Source: Octopus sinensis (lineage: Eukaryota). Taken from it: a stretch of DNA of 64,000 bases. The stretch spans positions 6,014,001 through 6,078,000 of the forward strand of contig NC_043012.1 in NCBI RefSeq assembly GCF_006345805.1, read 5' to 3'. Below, piece by piece: positions 12,639-26,626 of this stretch (its first letter is position 1; the number at the start of each line of letters is the position of its first letter). Below the pieces are notes generated by a model. That model saw only the letters and a program-made list of their open reading frames with translations. It had not been told where the DNA came from and ran no database searches. The position numbers and the translations under genes are program-made.

Positions 12639-13507
12639 TAATTATTTCTACGTGGATTACTTTCTAATATAATGTTCTCTTACTAAATAACGGGATATTT
12701 GGATCCAATCGAATCATTAACTAGTCATGGTGTGTTGCCGTCACCGCTGTCCATTTTGTGTGTGTGTGTGTGTGTGACAGCGCTCTGGCCTGCTGCTGGT
12801 TCTGCTACTGTCTGTCGTCTGCTCTCTTCTCAGTAGGGGCTAAAATGCACTGAATAATATAGTGATGGAAAAAACACGCAAAAGATGAAATTGTTGTTTG
12901 TATCTGGTTCCATACAAAATCTTAAATGATCAGATTTTTTTAATGAATACTTTAGCGAATCGCGATTATATTCTTGAGTTGTTTTTAGCATCGAATATAG
13001 TGATCCGGGCTCGGTTTCTAAGTTTTACAATTGTCAAATATTCCTTCCACAGATACTTAAAAAAATACCATATGTAAAGGCATTGACTCATATTTGCATA
13101 TCAGTACATTCGCTGGCAACGTGAACAGAGTGAAATGGCGTAATTACCGAGAGTGTGTTTGTATAAATGAATGGTGAAAAAGTTTGCACGCGTACATTTG
13201 ATGTACTTTTAGCTTCTCGGTGTAAACAAACTCTGTGGTGAAACCACTTGTCATGTGTAAACAATTTTGTTACGACGAGTAGCTAGCTTGCCGCTAATTA
13301 ACATTTAAAACATATCCGCCTACGACGATCTAACGAGAGACGCCTCTAGACAGTGTTTAAATATGCTAGAAATAGCGGCTAAATTTAACTGAAAACGTGT
13401 CCATCACATGATACATTACAATAATGCCAACGTAACATCCGGTTAAAAAAAAGGAGAGAACTCACCTGTTATATGGCGTATCATATAACACAACATCCGA
13501 TGAGATA

Positions 13508-13866
<359 letters not shown>

Positions 13867-15676
13867 TCTTACCCAACACTAGGTTGCATCATTAATTGTT
13901 TCAAAATTTGACACAAGGCCAGCAGTTTTAGGGGAAAAGTATAAGTTGACGGCATCGACCACCGCCAGTATTTGACTACTTTATTTAACCGACACTCTGA
14001 AAGGTTAACAGTAAAGTTGACCTCGGTGGGATCTGAACTCGGAACGTAAAGTGCCGGAAGAAATGCCTCTGAGCATTTAGCCCGATGCTCTAACGATTCT
14101 GCTTGCTCGCCGTCTTATAAAGTTATATCATTAATAAAAAAGTAGAAAGGCATATATAACATCATTCAATCTGGACTAACATGGCGTCAGTATTTTTCTA
14201 ACACAGGCACAAAGCCAGAAATTTGGGGAGGGTATCGTTTAATTAAATAAACAGACCCGATTTTTTGACTGGTACTTTGTATTTTCGACTTCCTTCCCAC
14301 CGCCACCAGAAGGACGAAAGGCAAAACTGACTTCGGAAGGTTTTGAATTCAAAACATAAAATACAAGGACAAATACTGCTACAACGCTCCAACAATTTTG
14401 CCGGTCCAGCACCAGACTCTATTGTCTTTCGAGACAGGTATTGGTGACGTCATCATTATAAGCAATTATGATCTCCTGATATTGGCAGCTGGTCATTAAT
14501 TTGTAAAGGTGTGTACGATAAAGTCGATTTGAATCGATGCCAGTCATGTCTGGCTTTTGTAATTTTTCTGTTCTGAGAGAGTTGATTGGAAAACTGGACC
14601 AGCGGTGGGATTTGAATTCAGCACGAAAATGAAGCGAAAGGATACAAGAAAATATTGCAAACCATTTATTCTGTCTCTCCGTCAATTAGTTCGGTATTCT
14701 ACCAAATAGTCCGGCTCCCGGCCATATAGTCCGGCAGTCTATCATTTACTCTGGTAATTTACTATTATACTACATCTTCTAAATTTGGTACAAGACCAGA
14801 TATTGGAGGTGGGTAAAAGCAATCGATTATGACAATTCTTAGTGGTTGATTGGCATTTATAAAAATCGAATCTGGGACGAGGGTAAAAAACGAAATTGAC
14901 CACTGTGGAATTTGAACTCAGAACAATGAAATACCACAAGACATCCTTTTCTTTGCCCCATGATTCTTCCAATTCATCGCCCTTCTAGTGGTGATGGCTC
15001 TTTCTCTACTCCTGCCAATGGAACCCATTTGTACAGACAATAAAATCTTCTACTACAATAATACTCTTGTGTTTTTCTCCGTCACAACATATGAACGAGA
15101 AAGGAAGGGGGTGACAGATGAATAAGGAAGGAAGGAAAGAAGAAAGGAAGGAAGGGGTGATGGCAAACTTGGTAGTGGGATGATGGAAGTTCTTCTGTGA
15201 AAAAAAATCAAACAGCATTTCAGCTCTGTGTGAATATGTGTGTGTGTGTATGTGCGCGCGCGTGCATGTTTGTATGTGTGCAATGGAAGTGGGATGGTGA
15301 ACATTCAGCGCTGAAAGGAAAAATCAAACAGCGTTTCAACTCTGTGTGAGTATATGTGTGTATGTGTGTACAAATTAAATGTTTGTATGTGTGAACCAGC
15401 GTTTTTTTCAGTAACAAACGATGATCGATGTCACATCTCAAAAGACCAACCACGAAATAATATTGACAAGTGTATTAATTTGATTTACCATCCATATTCT
15501 ATCTGTTTTGTTAAAAATAATCATTACAACACACAAACATATAGATATACAAACTCATAAGAAGAAATGATTATCGCCGGACAGTATCAAGAATATAAAA
15601 TGACTGAAGTTGAAAGGTATATTATAAATTTGGCAATAAAAGAATTATTAAACTAAAAACTTGGTTCTGTACTTTA

Positions 15677-16078
15677 TTTATATATATAAAACTGAAGTTG
15701 TGTGGTGTCTCTCCCACGATTTAGATTCCTAACTACTCCCACATTTTGCGGTGCAGTTTAACCAAAAGCGAGTATCTTATAGTCGTGATTCATATCGAGC
15801 CCTTCTGGGTATTAGCGCGCGTCTACGATGAGTCTACGATTTAAAAAAAAAATTACCATAATTTTTTTCCATTTTTAATGCATTTTGTTTGCTATTATAT
15901 AAGGGAAGTAACTCTCTAAAAATGTCTACGATGAGTCTGCGATTAAAAAAAAAATTACCATCATTCTTTTCCAATTTTAATGTATTTTTTGCTATTATAT
16001 AAGGGAAGTAACTCTCTAAAAATGCGTATATAGTTATTTCCCTTACAAACCCGAGCAACGCCGGGCGATACTGCTAGT
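15677..16078 (-). mobile_element. Non-autonomous Helitron-like element with an internal 103-bp tandem duplication
   Basis: 5' actagcagtatcgcccggcgttgctcggg, 3' ...cagttttatatatata; homologous to 33752-34266; duplicated unit starts at 15821 and 15924. Confidence 0.65.
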
Positions 16079-16512
16079 TTATATATAAAATACTACAGTT
16101 TTTGATGGCACAGGACTAACTAGTGTTTACAATAAAACGCATTCAAAGTTATCACAAAACGTGGAGATAACAAAACTCTCTCTTATCCGGCACTCAAATA
16201 CCAGGAACTCTCAAGCAACCGATACCCAGAAATTTTTTAAAAGACGTGTTCTTAATTAAACTCAAGAGAATTTGTGCTAGTTTGTGTTAATTTATTGATT
16301 GCCATTAAAAGAAAGATGGTTTCGACTGTATGTAGAATACAGTATTTTATTTTAAGTTACTGCATTTTACAATACCTGTATTTTATTACGTTAATAAAAC
16401 GTGTTCTTTACTTATACTTTTTTTCTTATTTTCCCCATTTATATAATATTCAGAATATTAATGAGATGACTGATGTATACGCAGAGTTTTAATGAATTTT
16501 GTAAGGTGTTAT

Positions 16513-17175
16513 CAGTGGTGGCTCGTAGATAAGATTAGTGGACGCTGCTTCAGAAAACTTTTAACCGTTGTTTTAATATTGTGTAAAGAGAAACATAAAA
16601 AGAACGGTTTGTGTTTTAGCCACTACCGGGTAGTGTGTTTAATTTGTTCACTGAACACCACCACGAATTCCCCTTTGTTTTTCAAAAATCCCCCTAAATC
16701 CCAAAATAAGGGGCGGGGGAAATCTGCCCTATTTTTCAAATCCTGGCAGCAACACTGGAGGTGGAAGCAGGATAATAATCTAATTCTATACTTTATCACA
16801 TTCAAGAATATAAACATATTTATTAGCACAACACACGCGGAGTCAAAAAGAAACACTACCTTTCCCCAGCACACCAGGGTTGGCACTGTATGAACCACAT
16901 TGCTCTCTCTCCCTAGTACGTAGCTTCCTATCTCGGACATGTGAGCATGCGCACAACAGCCAAACACCGCGACGCTGGAACTGTGAAACGCATTTTGTAC
17001 TTTTTCACAAACTAGGGGATGGCTACTGACATTAAGCTTAAGGATTATATAAGGTACAAGTGTAAAGAAAGAATTAAAGAAAAAAAGGGACTCATTATAT
17101 TGAATGTTATTGATAATATTGAGTGGAAATAGGGGGTGCTGCAGTTCCGCTGTGCCTATACACGAGCCGCCACTG
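16513..17175. mobile_element. hAT-type non-autonomous element
   Basis: TIRs cagtggtggctcgt / acgagccgccactg (13/14); 8-bp TSD ggtgttat (16505-16512) / ggtgctat (17176-17183). Confidence 0.85.
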
Positions 17176-18880
17176 GGTGCTATGGTAATTTAAAAAGTGA
17201 TGATCAGATTTCCGGAAAATTCAGTTCCCTGGAAACTCTCCGGTCTCAATGTCAGAGACATTATGCAACATACTAAAACGCTGAAAATTCTTGTTGCACA
17301 AAATAATTGCACAAAATATTTAAACAGCTGATTGTATAAAATACAGACATTTTTTAGAGGTTATTTTAAGGGAACAAGAAAAACAATTTGGGTAAACGTA
17401 ATGTACACGAGTGAATGCCCATAATTTAGGCTGGATCAGAACACCACACGATCCATCCATGCATCCATGCATCCATCCATCCATCCATCCTTCCATCCAT
17501 CCATCCATCCATCCATCCATCCATCCAGCCAACCAGCCAGCCAGCCAGCAAATCCTCGTATTGGAACCTACCACATCAAAAGACTCTCCTGAGCATTTTT
17601 TTTGTGTTAGACATGGTAAAAAGTATCTCATGTCCTCTGGGCAAGTAACTGTAATGTAATGATTGCTTATTTGTGTGGTTTTCATAAATAACCTATCATG
17701 CAAGTGTGTTTGAAAACTTCCGGCCTTATTTCTTCTGTCTTTCCAATTAGCAACTAACAGTCATCATCTTGTTTAAAATCAATCAGTTTCACCAAGAAAA
17801 CATTGATGCATTGTGAAACTGTAAAATTCACGCCCATGGGAAGGAGTCCCCTCCTCGCATATTCTGCCTGCCATAGCTTGAGGTGGATGTTTTTAAAGTT
17901 TTCCCCCCTCTTTCTGAAGTTTTTCGTCTCTGTTCATTTTCCTCATCTTCTATATTGTCACAATACGATGAAGTGGCACCATTTGGAGGCAGACGAAAAT
18001 ATTCGCTTTCCAAGTCGACTGCTCTTTGCTTATCGCTTTTGTTTTTTTTTTAGGGGGGGCGGGGTGCTGTTGAAACGGGAGCTTCTTGGAATTGTTGCTG
18101 TAAGCTCTGCGGCAATCTCTTTCTTTGCTTCTCGAGTGATTCCAAACAGAATACCTACAGAGGGCCATTAGTGTTACACGTGTAGCAGCTAAGGTCTTTT
18201 GTTTTATATCACCATTGCCATGGCCTTTCATTCCGCACCATTGACGTGGTATGGTTCTGTGATCTTCGGTGATCATTAAGGCTTGTCCATCTATTGTGAC
18301 CCCCACCCAATCACGTGTTGCTTTTGGCCTCCTTGGTTCGCACTACCTGCTTGTACTGTGTTTCCAAGGCGACAACAAACCAAGGGTAAATGCTATTGGC
18401 AATATCTATGATTGTGCCACTCGTGATGTGTCGACCGATGTATTGCGGCATTAAGGTATAAGTACGCGATGCGTGTGACACTTCAGCTCAGACTTCCTCT
18501 TCGCCCCATCATCGATTTTAAAACCAAACCAAGCAGCTGGTCCCGTAATTCTTCTTTCGAATGAAAAAGGAGATATTGGCATTTACCTTAAACTTACCAT
18601 TTTTTTTTTTTGAGGGTATGAATAAATCAACATTTTCCTATTTTTCTCGTAACTGGAAAAAAAAAATCAAGCAAAGATGCACCTTTCTTGGTTACGAAAT
18701 ACTGTCGAACAGGTTTCTTTTCAGTTGATTCATATTCAAAATGTGATTGTTGCTTGCAAATCTAGCATTTGCAAACCACCCCCAAAAAAGGAAAGAAAAA
18801 ACAAAAACTTATTCTTTCTTTTTGTTCATTTGGTAAAGTGTGTGCATGCAGGTGCGCACGTTTATTGTTATTGTTGTTAC

Positions 18881-19046
18881 CAGGGCTGGCCCTTGGGTTG
18901 CTGGTGCTCTGGCCAAGCTGAACTTCGGCGCCCTTACAAATATACTTTTTTAAAACTTTCACAAGGAGAAAAACTGAAAATGTAGATTAAAAAACACATG
19001 GCACCCGGGTGACTGGCCGAGTTACCGGTACCTTGAGCCGGCCCTT
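18881..19046. mobile_element. hAT-type MITE
   Basis: TIRs cagggctggccc / gagccggccctt; TSD gttgttac (18873-18880) / gttattac (19047-19054). Confidence 0.65.
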
Positions 19047-19736
19047 GTTATTACCACTGTGAATGTTCAAGTTAATATCATTGTTTTCTGTCATTTCCTC
19101 CCTTTAAAAACGTTTACGTTCTGCTGTGTAATTCAATTTCTTTTTCTTTTATTTAATATCTGCAAAAAAAAAAAAAAAGAAGAAAGGCAAAATCAAACAA
19201 ACCATTTGTTTCCGTTAAAATTTTTGAGGTGTTTTCAATTACTTTAACTCGAGTAATCCCATTGAAACGACTTTTATTTTTAAGTTTCACTAAGATCACA
19301 TCAAAGAATGTGTCCTTAGTAAAGGATGTGAACAGATCGATTCCAGTAATTATTTTTTGTTAAAGTGTAGACTCTCAACCGCAATGTTACAGAGACGTAA
19401 ATAAACCAACAGCGGTTGTCAAGCGGCGTATGTAGGACAACCACATGCAAATACACAAGCACACACACACACACACACACACAATGGCCTTCAGTTTCTG
19501 TCTACTAAATTCACTCACAATGCTTTGGTTGGCCCATGGTTATAGTAGGAAACTCCAGGCTCCACACAGTGGAACTGAACCCGAAACCATGTAGCTGGAG
19601 AGCAAACTTCTTATCCCCCAGCCAAGCCATGCCTGTGCATACTTACCAAACAATCAGACAGGAGACTTGTGAAATTAAATATTATATATATATCTAGAAA
19701 CACCCTATTTTTGTTCGCCCCAGAAATCTATCAGTC

Positions 19737-20362
19737 TAACTCTTTAACATTTTAATCGGCCATACCCGACCCAAATGGTCTACCTCGTTTTATGTTTGAA
19801 CTGACCAGATCTGACTTATCACACTTACCCTACAATGTCATTCTAAAAATAAACAATCACATCGTCAAAATCTTGAAGCTATGATATAATGCATGATTAA
19901 TTCAAAACAACGTGAATAAATATGCATTACATTTGACAAAGTAGGGAGGGAGGAAGCACTCCGTCGGTCACGACGACGAGGGTTCCGGTTGATCCGATCA
20001 ACGGAACAGCCTGCTCGTGAAATTAACGTGTAAGTGGCTGAGCACTCCACAGACACGTGTACCCTTAACGTAGTTCTCGGGGATATTCAGCGTGACACAG
20101 AGAGTGACAAGGCCGGCCCCTTGAAATACAGGTACAACAGAAACAGGAAGTAAGAGAAAGTTGTGGTGAAAGAGTACAGCAGGGATCACCACCATCCCCT
20201 GCCGGAGCCTCGTGGAGCTTTAGGTGTTTTCGCTCAATAAACACTCACAACGCCCGGTCTGGGAATCGAAACCGCGATCCTACGACCACGAGTCCGCTGC
20301 CCTAACCACTGGGCCATTGCACCTCCACATTTGACAAAGTAATCTGAATACAAAATGGTCAA
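19737..20362. mobile_element. TTAA-type MITE interrupted by a SINE
   Basis: Flanks join into a homolog of 5673-5889 once the SINE is removed. Confidence 0.65.
19944..20328 (-). mobile_element. tRNA-derived SINE, full length and well preserved
   Basis: Head gtggaggtgcaatggcccagtggttagggcagcgg...gtttcgattccc; TSD (ac)atttgacaaagta at 19929-19943 and 20327-20341. Confidence 0.9.
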
Positions 20363-20949
20363 GAAGAGAGTGTTGGCTGTTGGACAGTAAAGATTAGTTA
20401 GTTTTGGTTTTCTCAAGTATTTCCCACAATAATGGTGACCCAGACCCCTTGTTCATGGTTGTTCGAGGCTTCTGCTAACGAAAGCATCCTGGTTTCTTTG
20501 CCTTCACCATACAGTGTTTATATTTCGCATCAGTAGAATAAGATTAAAACAACAATAAGCCTGATATACCACTAGTTTCGTGTGTTGTTTTCAGTTTCTG
20601 TTTCTGAAGATGTTGTCTGACAGTCTTCCAAAGTAACACGAAACTTGTAGACAGGTCATGTATCTTGTTTGAAGGCGAATACGAAAGACATACTTTTATT
20701 CTATGCGTAGCTGGGCCTATATTACAGGCTCTAATGCACTAAAAACATTTTCCTCTTGAATATGTGCTGCTGAAGTTGGGGTGCGTCTAATATACCCGGG
20801 CTTCTTTAATGCCAGGGAACCCCAACCATCGGGTCGCTGACCAGTACGGGTTGTGGGTCATCTGGTACCTGGCTGCACAGAAAGAATCAACTTTAAAATC
20901 ATGTTTCTATTTTCCGCATTATATATGCATTATATATGTATTGTATACG

Positions 20950-20981
<32 letters not shown>

Positions 20982-21036
20982 TGTATGTATGTATGTATGT
21001 ATGTATGTATATGTATGTATGTATGTATGCGTAGCC

Positions 21037-21566
21037 GTATTTCGTTTGCCGTTACGTTCTGAGTTCAAATTCCACCGAAGTCGGCTTTGCCTTTCATCCT
21101 TTCGGGGTCGATTAAATAAGTACCAGTTACGCACTGGGGTCGATGTAATCGACTTAATTCCTTTGTCTGTCCTTGTATGTCCTCTCTGTGTTTAGCCCCT
21201 TGTGGGTAGTAAAGAAATAGGTATTTCGCCTGTCGGTACGTTCTGAGTTCAAATTCCACCGAGGTCGGCTTTGCCTTTCATCCTCTCGAGGTCGATTAAA
21301 TAAGTACCAGTTACGCACTGGGGTCGATATAATCGACTTAATCCGTTTGTCCTTGTTTGTTCTCTCTGTGTTTAGTCTCTTGTGGGTAGTAAAGAAATAG
21401 GTATTTCGTCTGTCTTTATGTTCTGAGTTCAAATTCCACCGAAGTCGACTTTGCCTTTCATCCTTTCGGGGTCGATAAATTAAGTACCAGTTACTTGCTG
21501 GACTCGATCTAATCGACTGGCTCCCCCCCCCCCAAGATTTCGGGTCTTGTGCCTAGAGTAGAAACG
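21037..21566 (+). repeat. Tandem array of a roughly 180-bp SINE-derived unit (family C)
   Basis: Units start at 21037, 21221 and 21401 (periods 184 and 180); the last unit ends in the usual SINE 3' end. Confidence 0.9.
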
Positions 21567-23440
21567 GATACATGTGTATTATATACATAATAATTAAATC
21601 ATATATCATGCTCGGATCTTCCCATGCGCATTATTATTATTTTTTTTTTTGTGCGTGTGATCCCCTGGTTTGTTGAAATATTGTTCGGCATGAAACCTGT
21701 CCAAGGTGCAAAAAGGTAGGGGACCACTGGTTTGCCATCAAAAACAGTGCATCCTTGGATACCTCACGAGACCCTTTACAGTGAACATAGCACTAAGAGA
21801 TTCCCAAGTGAAAACAAGCTAACAAGCAGTAGCTGAAAACTTTTGCGTGCAACTATCTCGAGGCTGCTGCGCAAATCCGTTTGAATAAGTCACGTCGCAG
21901 AAATGAAAAGGACAAACGACAAAAGCGAAAAACCGCTCGCCTCGCTCGTCTGTCAAATGCGTCTTGTATGACTACATTGTCGTCTGCCAGGATTGGATTA
22001 TCTTAGTCATCAGAAAAACGGACATAATAAATAAGAGAAAGAAGAAAAAAATACTCGGAAACGTGCGAGGGACGACCGACGAGATTTATACTATGATGTA
22101 TAAATAACCGCTCGATCGGTTAAGATCTAGCAGCTAAATTTCACTTACAATTATATGAAACCACACACACACACAGAGTTATGGATAGACATGTATTTGC
22201 GGTCTAGACCACATCTGATGATCACTCGTTCAGCAAGAAATAGCAGCCTAATCTCCCTCAAATCTCACCCTAATGTCTTGAAAACAGAAAAACAAAAGAA
22301 GGACACATTAGATAATGCCGTTCAGTGTACACCATGCTTAAATTGAACAGAAAAAAAAATGTGATGATCATAATTGGATTGTCTTTATTCATAGGTCGTC
22401 TGGATTAAGGTTGACTTGGTGCTCAACAAAAAACATCAGAGCTGAAATTGTCTTGATCCTTAGTCATTCTGCCCGATGTCAGGGCGAACTTAGGTCTACA
22501 ACAACAGCAACAACAACAACTAGATGATAAGAGCAATAGCCTACTCAGAGTACCTTTGTATATCTGTGTATCGATCGATCGATTGCACAGATCGATCTGA
22601 GCTATTAACTCATTCATTCACTCATTCCTTTCTTCATTCATTCATTCACTCATTCATTCATTCGTTGGTTTAGTCATCATTCATTTAGTGATGTGACATC
22701 GGTCCGTTGAGAAGGCAGCGGAAGAAACAAACCGGATACCGGTCGGTATAGATTGTACACACACACACGGGTGTATATGCATGGATATAATACAAATGTA
22801 TGCATACATACTTAAGTACATATACACACAAACCCTTACACATACTAGTTTAAGTATTAACGCACGGAACTCTCGGCCCTTAAGTCACTCTGTGACTTCT
22901 GTCAAATATTAATAAAAACACGCACACATGTACATACACATACACGAATATACATATAAAGATACACACTTATACAAATATATACACAAATACACACGCG
23001 TATATGTATCTCTAGACACACACACACACACACACACACACCACACACACACACACACCACACACACACACACAACATTTGGGCGGACTCAAAGTACCGG
23101 CATTTCTGCTGGGGGTACCATGTCGTCTATGGTTAATGTAGATATTCTTTAATTAATTAAGAGAAGATTTGCCACATCTACTGGAAATAATCAGCAACCC
23201 TCGGAATTTTCCCACACCAGCTGAGCTTCCACTCCGAGTTTGCAGCCAAAAACTGTCTTCAGATCCTTGTCAGTTCTGTGTAGGTACAGTCTTTGTCTAT
23301 CCGCATGCCTGTCTGCCTGTCTCTCTGTCTCAGGATTCGAAACTTTCATTCCTTGTTTGAAATAATTCTTTAAAAATTGTGTTTTGTAATAAACATTTTA
23401 TTTTTGCGTTTGAGAAAAAAAAACAAAACAGTTATATAAT

Positions 23441-23625
23441 CTTACGATTCAAACACATACATACATACATATATATGCGTACATACATACATACACACAC
23501 ACATACATACGTACATACATACATACATACATACATACATACATACATACATACATACATACATACATACATACATACATGCATGCATACATACATGCAT
23601 ATGTACGTACGTACATACATGCATC
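23441..23625. repeat. (CATA)n microsatellite
   Basis: Seen directly. Confidence 0.95.
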
Positions 23626-23794
23626 ATTTTTACTAAGGTTGACAACGATTAGTTCCAGCTTAGTCACCTCCGTGAAGCTGACGAAAGCAACTAAGCTGGC
23701 ACTTCGAAGTCCCTATGAACCTTTTACGCGTAAAAATGAAAATATACAAATATGTAACGTTTGTGATGTACGTGTGTGTGTCTGCATGTATATA

Positions 23795-23826
<32 letters not shown>

Positions 23827-23827
23827 C

Positions 23828-23858
<31 letters not shown>

Positions 23859-24850
23859 CATATATATACGCGCACACATACATATGATAATGAGTCACAG
23901 TTTCCACAAGGTTTTAGTTTTCTTCCCCAACTAAAAGGTAAATTGTAAATAAGATTTTTCATGCACGGGTTCATTACATGGTCCTTTAACTTATTCAGAT
24001 TTATGTCATTCGCCCTTTTGAATGGATTCCTTTATCTCGTTTCATTGCTCTTTTTAAAAAAAAGTACTCTCAATCAACCTGAAAGCCCACACAGGAACCG
24101 CCACGTGGTCAGGCTATCTATCAGAAATAGCTGTTAAATCTCCCTTTATTCACTCACACTTTACTCGTTTTGAAAAAGGTACATTAAGGAATGTGCTCTT
24201 AGATACGCTATCGTTTATCGGGGCTAATGCAAATTCGCACCTGCCCCTTATCGGGGCTTATGCAGATTCGCACCTCACCTTGATGAATTTATGACGAATA
24301 GATCGCATCCCAGTACACACCCTATCGGTCTCCTTTTGCAGAAGCGCTAAGTTATGGGGTCGTTAACATGTCAACATCAGTTATCAAGCGAGCGGCCTGT
24401 GGGGGACAAAAGTAGACACAAACACACATACACACACACGCGCGCACATATACGTCGGGTGTCCACACTGTGTCCGTGTACCGCCTTCACTCATAAATTA
24501 TTGTTCGGCTCGGGGATATTAAAGGCATTTGCCCAAGTTGCCGCGTAGTGGAGTTGAACCCGGAACTTACGCTGTTGCAAATCGAACATCCTAACCACAT
24601 AGCCATACCTGTGCTTATATTTAGACCCCCCCCCCCCAAAAAAAAACCCCAAAGAAATCGGTCTGATCTTGACTGGAAAGCTTTTGGCATTAGATTATCT
24701 CAATCAAAATTAATCTGGGACAAAACAACAGCAATCATACTGGTCCTTCCACTTTGGCGAGATTGTTTACGGTGGGGACGAAAACAGGCTAAAACACTAA
24801 GAACTTTAGTTTACGTGAATTTTTACTTAAAAGCTGTTGCACTATTGAAT

Positions 24851-25065
24851 AGCGAGGGGACAGTGCAGTCTAGTGCACCTCCTGAGCGACAGGCATGGTT
24901 ACAAGTCTCCTGTTTGACTATAATTTCTTCCCTTATACCAGAGTAAGAAGGAAAAGTTCACGATTCTTTTAAGGGCCTAAAGTATAGTTATAAGGGAGGA
25001 AATTATACTCAAACAGGAGACTTGTAATCGTGCCTGTCGCAAGGGAAGTGCACTGTCCCCTCACT
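24851..25065. mobile_element. Fold-back MITE with about 75-85 bp arms
   Basis: 24851-24937 is complementary to 24989-25065, apart from scattered mismatches and a 10-bp duplication in the left arm. Confidence 0.8.
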
Positions 25066-25221
25066 GTGCAATGATGCACCCTCAGATTTGCAGTGAGAGA
25101 CTTACTTCGAAATTCCACTTCAGCATTATTACAAATTAGTGCCCACCAAAAAATATTCTGAAGCACCCCCAGGAACCAAAGTCTGGCGATGGGCCTGCTG
25201 GTAGAAAAGTGGACTCAGTCA

Positions 25222-25320
25222 AATGCATCCCAAAACCAAATGGTGTGGTTGAATAGGGCCACAGATTATGCCTACCGTCTCCTTCCCTATCTTTGAAGGA
25301 TTCGTACAGTTTCTGTTGGG
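25222..25320 (+). pseudogene. Possible decayed LTR-retrotransposon (Gypsy-like) integrase fragment
   Basis: With one frameshift reads HPKTNGVVE*GHR, like the HPQTNG.VER.HR motif, then LPYL*RIRT. Short and degenerate. Confidence 0.3.
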
Positions 25321-25617
25321 CTGTTCCGTACGATAGCCTAATTGGTTACCCACTTCCTTAAACATAACATGCCCTCGTCAATAGCTAACACACGAATATA
25401 AAGTGGCTACTCTGTTTGGTTCGCCCACTTTGCACTCTCTGCGTTACGCTATTGGGTCGCCCCGAGCCTTGCTAGAAAACACAACCGTCAGAGTGTTCCG
25501 TAGTGAGATGATCTCAAGCTACGGATTTGTTAAGCGAACTTATTAACAAGGCGACATTTGCATGCATATACATGACCGTGCCTGGGATGTAGGTAGGTGT
25601 TTCTGTTGGTATGGGCT

Positions 25618-25747
25618 CACTAGTATAGCTGCAGTGTGTTCCGTCCGGGGCGGCCCTTTCGTATGCCGCCCCTGGACCCCACAAAAACCATTGCCTATAG
25701 CAGACCCAAAAGTGTCGCCCATACCGCCCCGCCTCGCTACGCTAGTG
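25618..25747. mobile_element. hAT-type MITE
   Basis: TIRs cactagtatagc / gctacgctagtg; TSD tatgggct (25610-25617) / tatgggcc (25748-25755). Confidence 0.8.
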
Positions 25748-26077
25748 TATGGGCCTAGATTTTGAGGAAACTATTCTGTAGAGACAAAGGAAGGACTCTT
25801 TGGTAAAGAGTTACTTTACTATGAATCATCCTAGTTCTTTTATTCTCTTCTGTTACTTCTAAGTACACGATATACTTATACATGTACTCTCTCTATATAC
25901 ATGTGGTATGTTCATGCTACCCATACATAAGCTGAGTGTATCGAAGCATTGCATGTATGTGTGCTCTACACACATGTATATTACCCGTAAACCATACATA
26001 AATTTAAGCGTTACAGATACAGGTACTCCAGATATACATTATACCAGTGACCCTACATAAAGTGAATGTATTGAAAC

Positions 26078-26137
<60 letters not shown>

Positions 26138-26626
26138 ATCAGCCGAAATTGCGAGGATGATCTGGTTCTTGACTGAAGATTAGAGGCTTCGAATGACCCA
26201 TCCATTTTTTGTGTCGTCTCTTTGAGTGTTTTGCGTTCTTGTCCCATTTTGTATTTTTATATATATTTTTTATATATATATTATACGTATAGATTTTATT
26301 GATAAATTATCAATAAAATAATAATGCTGTTAACCAGCCTTATTACTTACGGACAGACAATACAATTTTGCTTATTTAGAGAGTATGCGGTGGAAATATA
26401 AAAAAACCATGACGAAATAAAAGAAGACTGACTGTAGTTTTGAAACCAGCATGCTAATTTTAGTCTAAATTAAGTGAAAAAGCAAACTCAGCAAAAGTTA
26501 TGTTCAAAACTGTCCCCTGGTGTAGTCCATACACACACTGTGTGTGTGTTAGCATTCCATATACACATAATCTACATCTATATATAAGTGTAACCTGTAC
26601 AGATACTCTACATATACATTACATCT

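Noticed and set aside
12730-12755. Gene start at aaaATGGAC on the minus strand
   Set aside because: Stops after 9 codons and the only donor (gtgacg) is poor.
17800-18450. piggyBac transposase N-terminus (FRLPPNGATSS..DEENE)
   Set aside because: Only compositional resemblance, with no catalytic motifs or termini; left unassigned.
20420-20800. pogo/Tigger remnant
   Set aside because: Only vague peptide and terminal similarity; not supportable.
23625-23720. LRR-like peptide [13 protein letters not shown] on the minus strand
   Set aside because: Single motif with off-register spacing and no convincing splice sites.
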